Source: a virus (Duplodnaviria > Caudoviricetes). From it: a stretch of 64,000 nt of DNA. Position numbers and translations under genes: made by a program. This document shows, one piece after another, positions 1-9,239 of the stretch (within the stretch, counting starts at the first letter, position 1; every line of letters starts with the position of its first letter). The stretch lies in IMG/VR virus record IMGVR_UViG_3300022752_000016. The stretch is one strand, 5' to 3'. The notes beneath the pieces are model-generated. The model was not told the origin of the DNA and made no database searches. It saw only the letters and a list, made by a program, of their open reading frames with translations.

Positions 1-1
1 G

Positions 2-133
2 ACTGAGTTGGTTGTAATGGGTGCAAAGATTGCTTTAAAAACTTACAAGCTTCCAATTGAACCCAGTCAATTGAAGAACTTTGATGAGTTTCACAAGCGT
101 TATGGTAAATACATTGTAGAGGCAGGTAACTAA
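2..133 (+). CDS. C-terminal end of a gene truncated by the window edge (TELVVMGAKIALKTYKLPIEPSQLKNFDEFHKRYGKYIVEAGN*), probably the MoxR-like AAA ATPase that usually precedes VWA genes
   Basis: Open frame from base 2 to TAA at 131-133, read by hand. The function is inferred only from its position next to the VWA gene. Confidence 0.55.
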   Translation, partial: TELVVMGAKIALKTYKLPIEPSQLKNFDEFHKRYGKYIVEAGN

Positions 134-134
134 A

Positions 135-302
135 ATGAAGAAACAACTAGGGGGTAAAAAGTATTTTTATGCCCTTGGTCAGTGGGCCCGTAGTAAAGGG
201 CTCACCAAGGATCAAGGTATGAGTGTTTTAGGTCTTAAAGAAGGGACCTATGCTAGTATTGCGTATGACAAAGGTTATCGTGGACTATCAACTAAAGGTT
301 GA
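135..302 (+). CDS. 55-aa basic hypothetical protein (MKKQLGGKKYFYALGQW...)
   Basis: ATG at 135, TGA at 300-302. Not in the ORF track; fills the gap between neighbouring genes. Confidence 0.6.
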   Translation: MKKQLGGKKYFYALGQWARSKGLTKDQGMSVLGLKEGTYASIAYDKGYRGLSTKG

Positions 303-327
303 CAGTAATTCTTTGTATTGCTATACT
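299..327 (+). promoter_or_regulatory. sigma70-type promoter TTGACA-N17-TATACT
   Basis: TTGACA 299-304, 17-nt spacer, TATACT 322-327, followed by RBS AAGGAG and ATG 349. Confidence 0.85.
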
Positions 328-348
328 AGTAAAAATTAAGGAGCTTAT

Positions 349-1614
349 ATGTCTGATGTAATTGGTCGCAAGAGTAAAAAACGTAGTAGCAAGTTTGATA
401 ACTTGATTGGTGTCACTGATCCTAAAATTGATAATTTGGCACGTGAGAAGTTAGTAACTGCTAGAATTGGTTTGTTACTGCGCCATAGTTTTTTCGGTAA
501 TCTTGCTACCCGTCTCAGACTAATTAACGCGGATGAGTGGTGTAGCACTGCGGCCACTGACGGATTAAAATTCTATTACAATTCACGTTTCATTAATATG
601 CTCAAGCCTAAGGAAGTAGAATTCCTAGTAGGGCATGAAGTGTTACACGTGGTCTATGATCACATGGGCCGTCGCAATAATCGTGATCCGCAGATTTGGA
701 ACATTGCTGATGACTATGCAGTTAACGCAGACCTAAAACGTCATCGTGTTGGCGAGTTTATCAAAACTGTTCCGTGCTTATACGAGGCAAAATATGACGG
801 CAAGGCAGCTGAGGAAATCTATGATGACCTGATGAAAAATGTTCAAAAGATTAATATTGAGGACCTCATCGACCAAATGATTGATGATCATATGGACGGA
901 GAAGGTGATGGAGAAAGTGACGGAGAAGGTAATAGTAATCGTCCTAAGATGAGTGCCGAGGAGCGTGAACGTGTCCGTCAAGAAGTAAGGCAAGCAATTC
1001 TTAATGCCGCACAGGGTGCTGAAGCAGGAACTATTCCCAAAGGTGTTGAACGTCTTATTAAACAGCATACGAATCCAGTTATGCCGTGGCGTGAGTTAAT
1101 TCAAACTAACCTGACTAGTGCTATTCGCACTGATTTTAGTTGGATACGTCCTAGTCGGCGTGGTTGGCATAGTGACGCAATCATGCCTGGTATGACCCCA
1201 GGTGAAGAAATTGATGTAACTGTTGCTATTGACATGAGTGGATCAATCAGTGACAAACAGGCTCAAGCATTTTTGGGTGAAATTGCAGGCATGATGGCAA
1301 GTTTTGATGGGTACAAAGTACATGTATTTTGCTTTGATACTGATGTATACAATCCTGCTGATTTTAATTCAGAGAATATGGATACGATTGAATCGTATGA
1401 GCCAGCAGGTGGAGGTGGTACTGACTTTGATGTAATCTTTAGCTATCTTAAGGAACATGCAATTGATCCCAAACGATTGATTGTTTTTACTGATGGATAT
1501 CCCTGTGGTAGTTGGGGTGATCCTGATTATTGCGATACTACTTGGATCATTCACGGTGACAAGGATCCGAATCCTCCTTTCGGTACTTTCGCACTCTATG
1601 ATGAAAAGTCATAA
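349..1614 (+). CDS. Putative metallopeptidase (HExxH) plus C-terminal VWA domain protein (DUF2201-like)
   Basis: ATDG motif, GHEVLHVVYDH zincin motif, MIDAS DMSGS, GGGTDF and FTDG motifs. Confidence 0.85.
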   Translation: MSDVIGRKSKKRSSKFDNLIGVTDPKIDNLAREKLVTARIGLLLRHSFFGNLATRLRLINADEWCSTAATDGLKFYYNSRFINMLKPKEVEFLVGHEVLHVVYDHMGRRNNRDPQIWNIADDYAVNADLKRHRVGEFIKTVPCLYEAKYDGKAAEEIYDDLMKNVQKINIEDLIDQMIDDHMDGEGDGESDGEGNSNRPKMSAEERERVRQEVRQAILNAAQGAEAGTIPKGVERLIKQHTNPVMPWRELIQTNLTSAIRTDFSWIRPSRRGWHSDAIMPGMTPGEEIDVTVAIDMSGSISDKQAQAFLGEIAGMMASFDGYKVHVFCFDTDVYNPADFNSENMDTIESYEPAGGGGTDFDVIFSYLKEHAIDPKRLIVFTDGYPCGSWGDPDYCDTTWIIHGDKDPNPPFGTFALYDEKS

Positions 1615-1852
1615 TAATGATGTAGTTTACGAAAGTCCAGATGGAGGTAAGACGGTGTACGCACGTAAGATTGGCGACACCGTCCGTACTTTACATCAAG
1701 TTGATCCAAATTGGTTTAAAGAAACACAAATTTATGAACGTTGGGAAAGACTAAAACCAGCAGTCTATATGGCTGAGAACGATAAAAGTTTAGATGATGC
1801 CATTAAAACAGTAGAGATTTTATATGCCCTCAAGAAAAAAGAAAACACATAA
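1598..1852 (+). CDS. Hypothetical phage protein (VYESPDGGKTVYAR motif); probable start 1598 or 1601 rather than 1481
   Basis: In frame with track ORF 1481..1852. A later start avoids a long overlap with the VWA gene. Confidence 0.7.
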   Translation: MMKSHNNDVVYESPDGGKTVYARKIGDTVRTLHQVDPNWFKETQIYERWERLKPAVYMAENDKSLDDAIKTVEILYALKKKENT

Positions 1853-2195
1853 TTTTTTAGTTGTTTGGGATGTACTTGGTTTAGAAAGTATATTTGATGT
1901 TGATGATGCCATGTGTATCATTGAGGATTATGAAAAAGAAAAAACATGGAAGTTACTAAAAGGGGAACCAGTATCCAAACGACCAAATCCTATACCATTA
2001 CAAACGATATTGATGAGGGCTAGAGTAAACACACAACGTAGTTATGAAATATTTACGTTTAATAGTGAATTTACAATGAACGAGGTCAGAAAATTATTTG
2101 CTGATGATCCACAACCGATTGTGGATTGGATCCGTGAAAACGGTAATAAAATATACAGCGATTATTCTAAGACTAAAAAGAATTTGATTACATGA
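1824..2195 (+). CDS. Hypothetical protein
   Basis: 123-aa ORF in operon-like packing. Confidence 0.7.
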   Translation: MPSRKKKTHNFLVVWDVLGLESIFDVDDAMCIIEDYEKEKTWKLLKGEPVSKRPNPIPLQTILMRARVNTQRSYEIFTFNSEFTMNEVRKLFADDPQPIVDWIRENGNKIYSDYSKTKKNLIT

Positions 2196-2286
2196 TGTAT
2201 ATATCAACAAAGTGTCCGAGGTGAAGCTATTATAATTATTACCTGAACAGCATGAGATAAGTACAAAGTATTAATAATATTAATTC

Positions 2287-2535
2287 ATGAATGAAATTAA
2301 CCTACATACTTGGTATCAACAAAGAGAGGTACCATATTGCCCACAACATTTTGTAAAAACACGCACTGTTATTAGTAAAGAATCTTTACAATGGATTAAA
2401 CAAAAGTTAGTTGGTCGCTATGCTTTTGTACCTGCAATAGACGGAGAATATGCTTCAGTGCATGGTCAACTGGATAACGCACCTGCCTTTGAGGATCCTA
2501 CAGAAGCAATTTTATACGAATTAAAATGGTCGTAG
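2287..2535 (+). CDS. Small W-rich family protein (ends AFEDPTEAILYELKWS)
   Basis: Shares the C-terminal F..e..a..(F/Y).LKW motif with the ORFs at 4858 and 36215-37396. Confidence 0.75.
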   Translation: MNEINLHTWYQQREVPYCPQHFVKTRTVISKESLQWIKQKLVGRYAFVPAIDGEYASVHGQLDNAPAFEDPTEAILYELKWS

Positions 2536-2592
2536 TAAAAATTAAATTCATACAATTTACACATTAAATAGACAATAGACAGGAGAAAATAA

Positions 2593-3264
2593 ATGGCTTT
2601 TTTAAGACATGTTGGAAAGCATGGTGACAGGAAAGTTGCTGTAGTTTTTAGAGAAATTCCAGGTGAAGAACATATGTGTTTAGTCACTTATACTGAATTG
2701 TTAAATCAAAACATTCATGATCCAATGATTAAATGTATTGAAAGTGATATTGGACAACATAGTGAAAACTTAGCGGATGCACTTAATCGTACACATACAA
2801 AAGATGGAAGAATTATCCTACAAGTATTGCATGGAGAAGCACAATTAAAGAAAGTTAATACAGAACAAGTTGTAATGACTCCTCAACCTAATGTTAAAAT
2901 TAAATTAAGTGAACTAAACAAAATTTTAGATGAAATGAAACAAGGTGAGGCTGCTGTTAAGAAGTTAGCAGAGATGGATGCAAGTATGGGTATGCAAAAT
3001 CCTGTTGATGTTGCTAAACGTTTACGTGGAAATCAAAATCAACCAGTTGTATCTAGTGGTGACACATTGAGTGATGGGCATTTAGCAAATCAATTACGTG
3101 ACCAAGCTAATCGTATGAGCATGGAAGCAAAAGGATTAATGGCAGAAGCAGAACGGTTATTAAAAGAAGCCTCAAACTTAGACCCAATTGCTAAAGAATT
3201 AGTAACAGAGGGTATACCTGCAACAGTTAGTAAACGAGGTAGAAAGCCAAAAATTAAAGTGTAA
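2593..3264 (+). CDS. Hypothetical protein with C-terminal coiled coil and basic tail (KRGRKPK)
   Basis: 223-aa ORF with strong RBS AGGAG. Confidence 0.8.
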   Translation: MAFLRHVGKHGDRKVAVVFREIPGEEHMCLVTYTELLNQNIHDPMIKCIESDIGQHSENLADALNRTHTKDGRIILQVLHGEAQLKKVNTEQVVMTPQPNVKIKLSELNKILDEMKQGEAAVKKLAEMDASMGMQNPVDVAKRLRGNQNQPVVSSGDTLSDGHLANQLRDQANRMSMEAKGLMAEAERLLKEASNLDPIAKELVTEGIPATVSKRGRKPKIKV

Positions 3265-3268
3265 AACT

Positions 3269-3565
3269 ATGTCACCTGATTTCATTAAAAAATGGGAACA
3301 CATTCTCGAGGATGTGGAAAAACAAAAGATTCCAATTCAATTCATTAAAAAATTGGTAATTAAATTGGATAGTAAACGTCAACAAACAATTAATATACAA
3401 CGGTTACTTAATCAAGGATTAGATCCTGAACAAGTTGAGGTGGCAGTAAGTAAAAAATTGCATGAATTGGATGATGAAATAGCAAGTGTAGAATTTATAT
3501 TAAATGTAGAAGGAATAGCACAAATTGTTCAGCCTGAAACTGACAAATTACTTAATAAGTTATGA
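3269..3565 (+). CDS. Hypothetical protein
   Basis: 98-aa ORF whose stop overlaps the DHFR start (ATGA). Confidence 0.75.
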   Translation: MSPDFIKKWEHILEDVEKQKIPIQFIKKLVIKLDSKRQQTINIQRLLNQGLDPEQVEVAVSKKLHELDDEIASVEFILNVEGIAQIVQPETDKLLNKL

Positions 3566-4029
3566 AGTTAATTGTTGCTTGTGATGTAAATGGCGGTATA
3601 GGATATAAAAATAGTTTACCATGGAATAAAATAAAAGATGATTTGCCTAGATTTAGAAATTTGACAGAAGGAGGAGTGGTTATAATGGGACGTAATACTT
3701 GGGAAAGTCTTCCTATAAAACCTCTCCCAAATCGTATCAATTTTATAGTCACAAGCAAAACTGGTTTTTTTCCTAGAAGTTGTTTTACTATCCCAAATTT
3801 AAATTACCTAAGTAATTTTAAAAATGGTTGGATAATAGGCGGAGCTAAACTAATTAATACAAGTTGGGATTTAATTGATGAAGTGCACCTTACCAAAACA
3901 ATAATTAACTATGATTGTGATTCTTATATCAACTTATTCCAGTTAAAACAAAATTACAAGATTAAAACTATACAAAATAATGAAGATCATACCTATGAGG
4001 TTTATGTAAAAAATGCAACAATATCATGA
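3562..4029 (+). CDS. folA: Dihydrofolate reductase
   Basis: IVACD..GGIG..N.LPW, D L..F, VIMGRNTWESLP..PLPNR.N and WIIGGA motifs. Confidence 0.95.
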   Translation: MKLIVACDVNGGIGYKNSLPWNKIKDDLPRFRNLTEGGVVIMGRNTWESLPIKPLPNRINFIVTSKTGFFPRSCFTIPNLNYLSNFKNGWIIGGAKLINTSWDLIDEVHLTKTIINYDCDSYINLFQLKQNYKIKTIQNNEDHTYEVYVKNATIS

Positions 4030-4861
4030 TTTATTAAAAGACATTTTAGAAAACGGAGAAGATAAAGATGATAGAACTGGTGTGGGTACCATTAGTGTTT
4101 TTGGTCGTAATCTTCGCTTTGATTTGCGTAGAGGATTCCCTGCCATTACCACTAAGAAACTTGCTTGGAAAGCTATCGTTGGCGAGTTACTTTGGTTTAT
4201 TGAAGGTTCAAAAGATGAAAGACGATTGGCAGAAATAATCTATGGAACCAGAGAAGGAGTAGTTACTATTTGGACTCCTAATTCTTTAGCAGGGTATTGG
4301 AAAAATAAAGCTAAATTTGATGGTGATGTTGGACGTATTTACGGCGTACAGTGGCGACGTTGGCGTAAACCCTTTAATGAAGGATATGTAGACCAATTAC
4401 AAAATTTAATTGATGGATTAATACAAGATCCTAATGGGCGTAGACATATTATATCTGCTTGGAACCCAGGTGAATTACATGAAATGGTATTACCACCCTG
4501 TCATATATTGGCACAATTTTATGTTAATAAAAATAAAGAATTAAGTTGTCAAATGTATCAACGTAGTGTGGATGTTTTTCTTGGATTGCCATTTAATATT
4601 GCAAGTTATGCATTATTTACACATATGATTGCACAAGTTACAGATTTAAAAGTAGGTGAATTAATTATTAATATGGGTGACACCCATATATACAAAACTC
4701 ATATTGAACAAACTAAGCAACAACTTACAAGAGATGTATTATCAAGTCCTTTACTAGTTTTAAATCCTGAAATAAAGGATATAACAAAATTTACATTCAA
4801 AGATATTAGTTTATTAAATTATACACATCATGGCATAATAAAAGCTGAAATGGCAGTATGA
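4013..4861 (+). CDS. thyA: Thymidylate synthase (ThyA)
   Basis: DRTGVGT, ELLWF, GRIYG.QWR, catalytic LPPCH and YQRSVD.FLGLPFNIASY. Confidence 0.97.
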   Translation: MQQYHDLLKDILENGEDKDDRTGVGTISVFGRNLRFDLRRGFPAITTKKLAWKAIVGELLWFIEGSKDERRLAEIIYGTREGVVTIWTPNSLAGYWKNKAKFDGDVGRIYGVQWRRWRKPFNEGYVDQLQNLIDGLIQDPNGRRHIISAWNPGELHEMVLPPCHILAQFYVNKNKELSCQMYQRSVDVFLGLPFNIASYALFTHMIAQVTDLKVGELIINMGDTHIYKTHIEQTKQQLTRDVLSSPLLVLNPEIKDITKFTFKDISLLNYTHHGIIKAEMAV

Positions 4862-5103
4862 ATACATTTAATACAGTTGTTTTTAAATTCAGCATGGGTG
4901 ACGTTGATGATCCTGATATATATGCAGCTCAATCTATAATGCAATGGCAAAGTACTGAAAGTGGTAAATGGATAATGGACCATGCTCTTTACTTACCAAA
5001 GTGGGAACGTTACGCAGATCCTTACCAACATGGTTGGACTTTCACAGTAAGAGCAACTCTAAGTCCTGAAAATTACACATTTTGGAAATTGAAGTATGCA
5101 TGA
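4858..5103 (+). CDS. Small W-rich family protein (ends NYTFWKLKYA)
   Basis: 81-aa ORF coupled to the thyA stop; C-terminal F.LK(W/Y)-type motif. Confidence 0.7.
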   Translation: MNTFNTVVFKFSMGDVDDPDIYAAQSIMQWQSTESGKWIMDHALYLPKWERYADPYQHGWTFTVRATLSPENYTFWKLKYA

Positions 5104-5118
5104 TAAATATGATAAATA
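5102..5118 (+). promoter_or_regulatory. Tandem T4-late-like promoter boxes GATAAATA
   Basis: GATAAATA at 5102-5109 and 5111-5118, just before ATG 5123. The same motif recurs before many structural genes. Confidence 0.6.
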
Positions 5119-5122
5119 AGCG

Positions 5123-5587
5123 ATGTGGATATTTACTGTTTTATCTGAATTATATATACATATAATATTTTTTGCAGGTTTTATATTAACACTTGCAGGG
5201 TTTGTGCTAGGCTTTATACCTTTTATAAAAACTTATAAAATACCTATACAGGTTCTAGGTGTACTAACCTTAATATTAGGCACATATTTGGAAGGTGGTT
5301 TAGCAGATAATAAAGAATGGCAATTAAAAGTTAAAGAATTAGAAATACAAGCCGCTAAAGTTGAAACAAAATCAGCCGAAAAAAACATAGAAATACAAGA
5401 AAAAATTGTCACAAAAACAAAAGTAATTAAAGAAAAGGGTGACGATGTAATAAAATACATTGACCGTGAGATTATTAAAAAAGAAGAAGTAATTAAATAT
5501 ATTGAGAATTGTCCGGTTCCTAAGGATATTATTGATGCACACAATGCTGCTGCTAAACTAAATGATACGGCAAAGGATAGAAAATGA
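5123..5587 (+). CDS. Inner-membrane spanin-like protein (Rz-like)
   Basis: N-terminal hydrophobic TM segments, charged coiled coil and C-terminal Cys (NCPVP); overlaps the start of a downstream lipoprotein gene. Confidence 0.65.
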   Translation: MWIFTVLSELYIHIIFFAGFILTLAGFVLGFIPFIKTYKIPIQVLGVLTLILGTYLEGGLADNKEWQLKVKELEIQAAKVETKSAEKNIEIQEKIVTKTKVIKEKGDDVIKYIDREIIKKEEVIKYIENCPVPKDIIDAHNAAAKLNDTAKDRK

Positions 5588-5862
5588 GACTGTTATCAAT
5601 ATTTTTTTTTACAATATTTGTGACAGGGTGTTCATTGTTTAAGCAGCCTGTTACAGTTGTGCCAAAGTTTCCTAACGCCACTCCCGAATTAATGAAAAAA
5701 TGTGAGAATCTTAAGCAAATAGAAGGTGACAAAGTGTCTATAGCGGATATGTTAAAAGTGGTAGTAAATAATTACACATTGTACTATGAATGTTCTACTA
5801 AAGTTGATGGTTGGCAAGACTGGTATTATGAACAAAAGAAAATATATGAAACTAAAAAATAG
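5584..5862 (+). CDS. Outer-membrane lipoprotein spanin-like protein (Rz1-like)
   Basis: Signal peptide with lipobox VTGC, Pro-rich linker, further Cys residues; coupled to the i-spanin candidate. Confidence 0.65.
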   Translation: MRLLSIFFFTIFVTGCSLFKQPVTVVPKFPNATPELMKKCENLKQIEGDKVSIADMLKVVVNNYTLYYECSTKVDGWQDWYYEQKKIYETKK

Positions 5863-5870
5863 GAGTTACC

Positions 5871-6752
5871 ATGAAAAAAAAATTACTTGTAACGATTTTA
5901 GCTAGTTTAAGTTTAATTGGGTGTGCATCCACACAAACTGCATATCAATTATATGCAGAAACACAAGCAAAAATAGCTCAGGCCAATGCGGTTGCTGAAA
6001 CAGCAAGATATAATGCACTTGCAGAAATTGCTAAAACTGGGGATAGTGCTGCCAAAGTTGCTGCTGTTTTAAGCATTCAAATAAATAATGGTACTTCACA
6101 ACGAAATCATTTACAAATGGTTCCACCAGAATCTTTTGAAGATAAAGCATTAAAATGGACAAGTGTGTTATTGCCTAACTTTGTACAGTTTTATACAATT
6201 AATAGAAATACAAGCGTGGCAATGAGACAAAGTGATAATCAGGCAGCTATAGCTATTAGTACAAATAAAGCATTTACTGATATATCTAATGCAGGTCATG
6301 CTGCAAATAGTAGTATTGCAAATAACGGATTTAGTGCTATGAATACATCTACTATTGCAGGTCATGCTGCAAATAGTAGTATTGCAAATAACGGATTTAG
6401 TGCTATGAATACATCTACTATTGCAGGATTTAACGCTTTGGGTACACAAAGCACAGCAGCGTTTAACACTTTACAAAACATAGGTGTGGCTGGGTTTAAT
6501 TCTCTTAAGGATGTTGCACCAACCGTTACGGTACAAGGAAACTATAATATAGGCGAAAACAGCGGTAACAGTGGTAAGTTAGCTGGTTATGGATTAAATG
6601 ACAATACTTCTACCCCAACAGTTGTTACACAGCCTGCTCCAACTATTGTTAATCCTACTGTTGTTACACAGCCTACGCCTACTATTGTTAATCCTACTGT
6701 TGTTACACAACCTGCTCCTACTATTGTAAATCCAGTCATAGTTAGACCTTAA
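5871..6752 (+). CDS. Ala/Asn-rich lipoprotein with internal tandem repeats
   Basis: Basic N-terminus, hydrophobic stretch and lipobox LIGC; 22-aa duplication and three PTVVTQP(A/T)PTIVN units. Confidence 0.8.
   Translation: MKKKLLVTILASLSLIGCASTQTAYQLYAETQAKIAQANAVAETARYNALAEIAKTGDSAAKVAAVLSIQINNGTSQRNHLQMVPPESFEDKALKWTSVLLPNFVQFYTINRNTSVAMRQSDNQAAIAISTNKAFTDISNAGHAANSSIANNGFSAMNTSTIAGHAANSSIANNGFSAMNTSTIAGFNALGTQSTAAFNTLQNIGVAGFNSLKDVAPTVTVQGNYNIGENSGNSGKLAGYGLNDNTSTPTVVTQPAPTIVNPTVVTQPTPTIVNPTVVTQPAPTIVNPVIVRP
6291..6427 (+). repeat. Perfect 66-nt in-frame tandem duplication (AGHAANSSIANNGFSAMNTSTI x2)
   Basis: Copies start at 6291 and 6357 and are identical by eye. Confidence 0.9.
6615..6731 (+). 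repeat. Three 39-nt in-frame repeats (PTVVTQPAPTIVN)
   Basis: Units start at 6615, 6654 and 6693 and differ by a few substitutions. Confidence 0.9.
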
Positions 6753-6756
6753 TAGT

Positions 6757-6764
6757 GATAAATA
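6757..6764 (+). promoter_or_regulatory. T4-late-like promoter box GATAAATA
   Basis: Immediately upstream of the RBS and ATG 6781. Confidence 0.55.
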
Positions 6765-6780
6765 CACTATAGGATAAATT

Positions 6781-7689
6781 ATGTCTGAGCAACAAGTTAT
6801 TAATTTGGGTACTTTATCAATTGAGGAAACTTTAAGCACTTCAAATGCTAATATTGTTTTGGCAAATATTAATGTTGGAACTTTACCTAATGATGGTTTA
6901 GGTGATCCATTAAGAATTGCATTTAGTAAAATCAACAATAATTTTAGTAATTTAATAAGTACGCTTGGTGGTAACCTAAGTAGTACAATAGAACTGACAC
7001 AAGTAGAGGATTTTAGAGAAACTACTAGTATAGAAAACAATTTATATATTAACCAACTCAGTATTTTTAATAATAACGTAAGCACTGTAACAAGCACTCC
7101 TTTACCCATAGTAAGTACTCCTATTAATTCTGCAAATCTTGCTACCCAAATAGGTCCGTTTGGAAATCAGTTGTATATTAATATTGGTAATACCCCAAAT
7201 GATGGACAGGGAGATCCCTTACGTGTTGCCTTTGGCAAAATCAATAATAATTTTAGTAATTTATTTTTTACTACAACTAATACCACATTAAGTTATACTG
7301 TTGGAGTATTGGATCAAATTATTTTTGAAGCAGATGCTAATAAATTTACACAGGCAGAATTTAAAATTCAAACTTCCGATAGTGAAGGACCCAATAGTCA
7401 AAATATAACTATATCTGCTCAAATGAAAAATAGTGGAACAAATGTTAGATGGACGGGATATGCTACAATATTTGATGGATCTCCGCTTACAAATTACAAT
7501 TTAGAAGTAATTGGAGGAAATGTAGTAATTATTGCTAAACCTATTGCAAATACTACAATGACACATTTTATTGCTAGCTCTATTACATGGCAAGGTGATC
7601 CTTTACCTGGATTAGACATTGAACTTGATGGATACATGAACTCAGTAATGTCTACACAAAATAATTTAAATATCACTACAGAAAATTAA
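6781..7689 (+). CDS. Baseplate/virion structural protein with two copies of a T4 gp9/gp10-like N-terminal motif
   Basis: INVGTLPNDGLGDPLRIAFSKINNNFSNL and INIGNTPNDGQGDPLRVAFGKINNNFSNL resemble T4 gp9/gp10 NIG...DDGTGD.LR....KIN.NF.EL. Confidence 0.7.
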   Translation: MSEQQVINLGTLSIEETLSTSNANIVLANINVGTLPNDGLGDPLRIAFSKINNNFSNLISTLGGNLSSTIELTQVEDFRETTSIENNLYINQLSIFNNNVSTVTSTPLPIVSTPINSANLATQIGPFGNQLYINIGNTPNDGQGDPLRVAFGKINNNFSNLFFTTTNTTLSYTVGVLDQIIFEADANKFTQAEFKIQTSDSEGPNSQNITISAQMKNSGTNVRWTGYATIFDGSPLTNYNLEVIGGNVVIIAKPIANTTMTHFIASSITWQGDPLPGLDIELDGYMNSVMSTQNNLNITTEN

Positions 7690-8090
7690 TGAGAGCAAAA
7701 GAATTTATTAAAGAACAAAAATTAAGTGATGTCCATGATGGATTGGATGTAGCTGCTAAAGCATTACCCAATACATTTGTTATTCCTGAATTAAAAAATC
7801 AAGACTTTTATGATTTGTACAGATTTGGTGTGGCGATAGCTGATGTTCGTGGTAATTCAGGTGATGTAAAAAATATTGACCCTTATAAACCAAAATTTCG
7901 TCCTGAAACAAGATGGGGTGAAAATCAAATTATAAGTAGTTTTGATCCTAATATAGGAAAAATTATTGACCAAGCACTTAAGAAAGTTAAAAAAACAGGA
8001 AAACGTGCAGTAAGTAGTCCAGGTAGTGATGAATTTGATGATACCTTAAAAAATAGTCCTATTAAACCTTTTAAAGGGTATAAACGATGA
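7689..8090 (+). CDS. Small putative head-internal protein, paralog of the next gene
   Basis: Starts MRAKEFIKE and ends SPIKPFKGYKR. Confidence 0.75.
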   Translation: MRAKEFIKEQKLSDVHDGLDVAAKALPNTFVIPELKNQDFYDLYRFGVAIADVRGNSGDVKNIDPYKPKFRPETRWGENQIISSFDPNIGKIIDQALKKVKKTGKRAVSSPGSDEFDDTLKNSPIKPFKGYKR

Positions 8091-8464
8091 GAGCAAATGA
8101 GTTTATATCTGAGGCTAAAAAGAACGGAAAAATTAGAAAAAGTCATAGGTTTGCAACAAGAGGGTTACATAAGTTTAGAGATGAAACTTTAGCAGATAGA
8201 ATATATGAATTAAATAGAATTATGATGGCAGCTGCATCAACTGATGGCACATTTATGCCAGATATGAATCATGAAAGTTGGGCAGGAAGATATGATATCG
8301 CTGCCCCCTACACTAAACAAGAGCATGATATGTTAAAAATGGCTTATGCTGTAAACGGTACAGAATATAAAGATTTAAATAATGGCGATTTGCGTAGTCA
8401 AGAATTACCTGGGACAAATACAACAAGTATAGTAAAGCCATTTAAAGGCTACAAGAAAAAATAA
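8087..8464 (+). CDS. Small putative head-internal protein, paralog of the previous gene
   Basis: Starts MRANEFISE and ends SIVKPFKGYKKK. Confidence 0.75.
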   Translation: MRANEFISEAKKNGKIRKSHRFATRGLHKFRDETLADRIYELNRIMMAAASTDGTFMPDMNHESWAGRYDIAAPYTKQEHDMLKMAYAVNGTEYKDLNNGDLRSQELPGTNTTSIVKPFKGYKKK

Positions 8465-8509
8465 CATATTCATAAATTTAAATAAGTAATATTTAAATAG
8501 AGGGTAATT

Positions 8510-9205
8510 ATGGAAGTTATAGATATTAATAAAACATTAGACTTAGTAAAAATAAAGTTTTATAATGAATGGTTATATACTGCACACATATACGACGAGG
8601 GTGATAGTCAATTTCATAAAGAATTAACAAAGCAAGTTGTTACAAAATATGTTGATCCATTAAATTTGTCAAAAGATGCTAAAATTTTAGATTTAGGTTG
8701 TGGTCCTGGATATTTTTTAGATGAAATGAAGGCACGTGATTATACTGATATTATTGGAGTTACATTAAGTCCTGGAGATATAAAAATTTGTGAAAATAAA
8801 GGTCATAAAATTAAAAAATATGATCTAAGTTTCTTGCCACAACAAGAAGGATATTACGATGAATCAGTAGATTTTTTATTTATCCGTCATGCTTTAGAAC
8901 ATAGTCCTTATCCAATTTTTAGTCTTATTGAATATAATCGTGTATTAAAACAAAATGCTAAAATGTATATAGAAGTACCTGCCCCAGATTGTGAGCGTCA
9001 GCATGAATTTAATGCTAATCACTATAGTATACTTGGGTCAATGCAATTAGGGGCATTGCTTGTAAGAACAGGTTTTAAAATTGATATTTTTAATAATTTA
9101 GAATTTGACCTAAACGCTCCTGATAATAACGGCGAATTAAGAACTTATAAAGAAAAATATTATTGTATAATTGCAACAAAGGTTCAACCACTTGATATAA
9201 AATAA
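8510..9205 (+). CDS. Class I SAM-dependent methyltransferase
   Basis: ILDLGCGPG motif I; FLFIRHALEH and YNRVLK..A.MYIEVP motifs. Confidence 0.88.
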   Translation: MEVIDINKTLDLVKIKFYNEWLYTAHIYDEGDSQFHKELTKQVVTKYVDPLNLSKDAKILDLGCGPGYFLDEMKARDYTDIIGVTLSPGDIKICENKGHKIKKYDLSFLPQQEGYYDESVDFLFIRHALEHSPYPIFSLIEYNRVLKQNAKMYIEVPAPDCERQHEFNANHYSILGSMQLGALLVRTGFKIDIFNNLEFDLNAPDNNGELRTYKEKYYCIIATKVQPLDIK

Positions 9206-9239
9206 TTATAAATACTTTTAACAATGTTAAAGGTATTAT

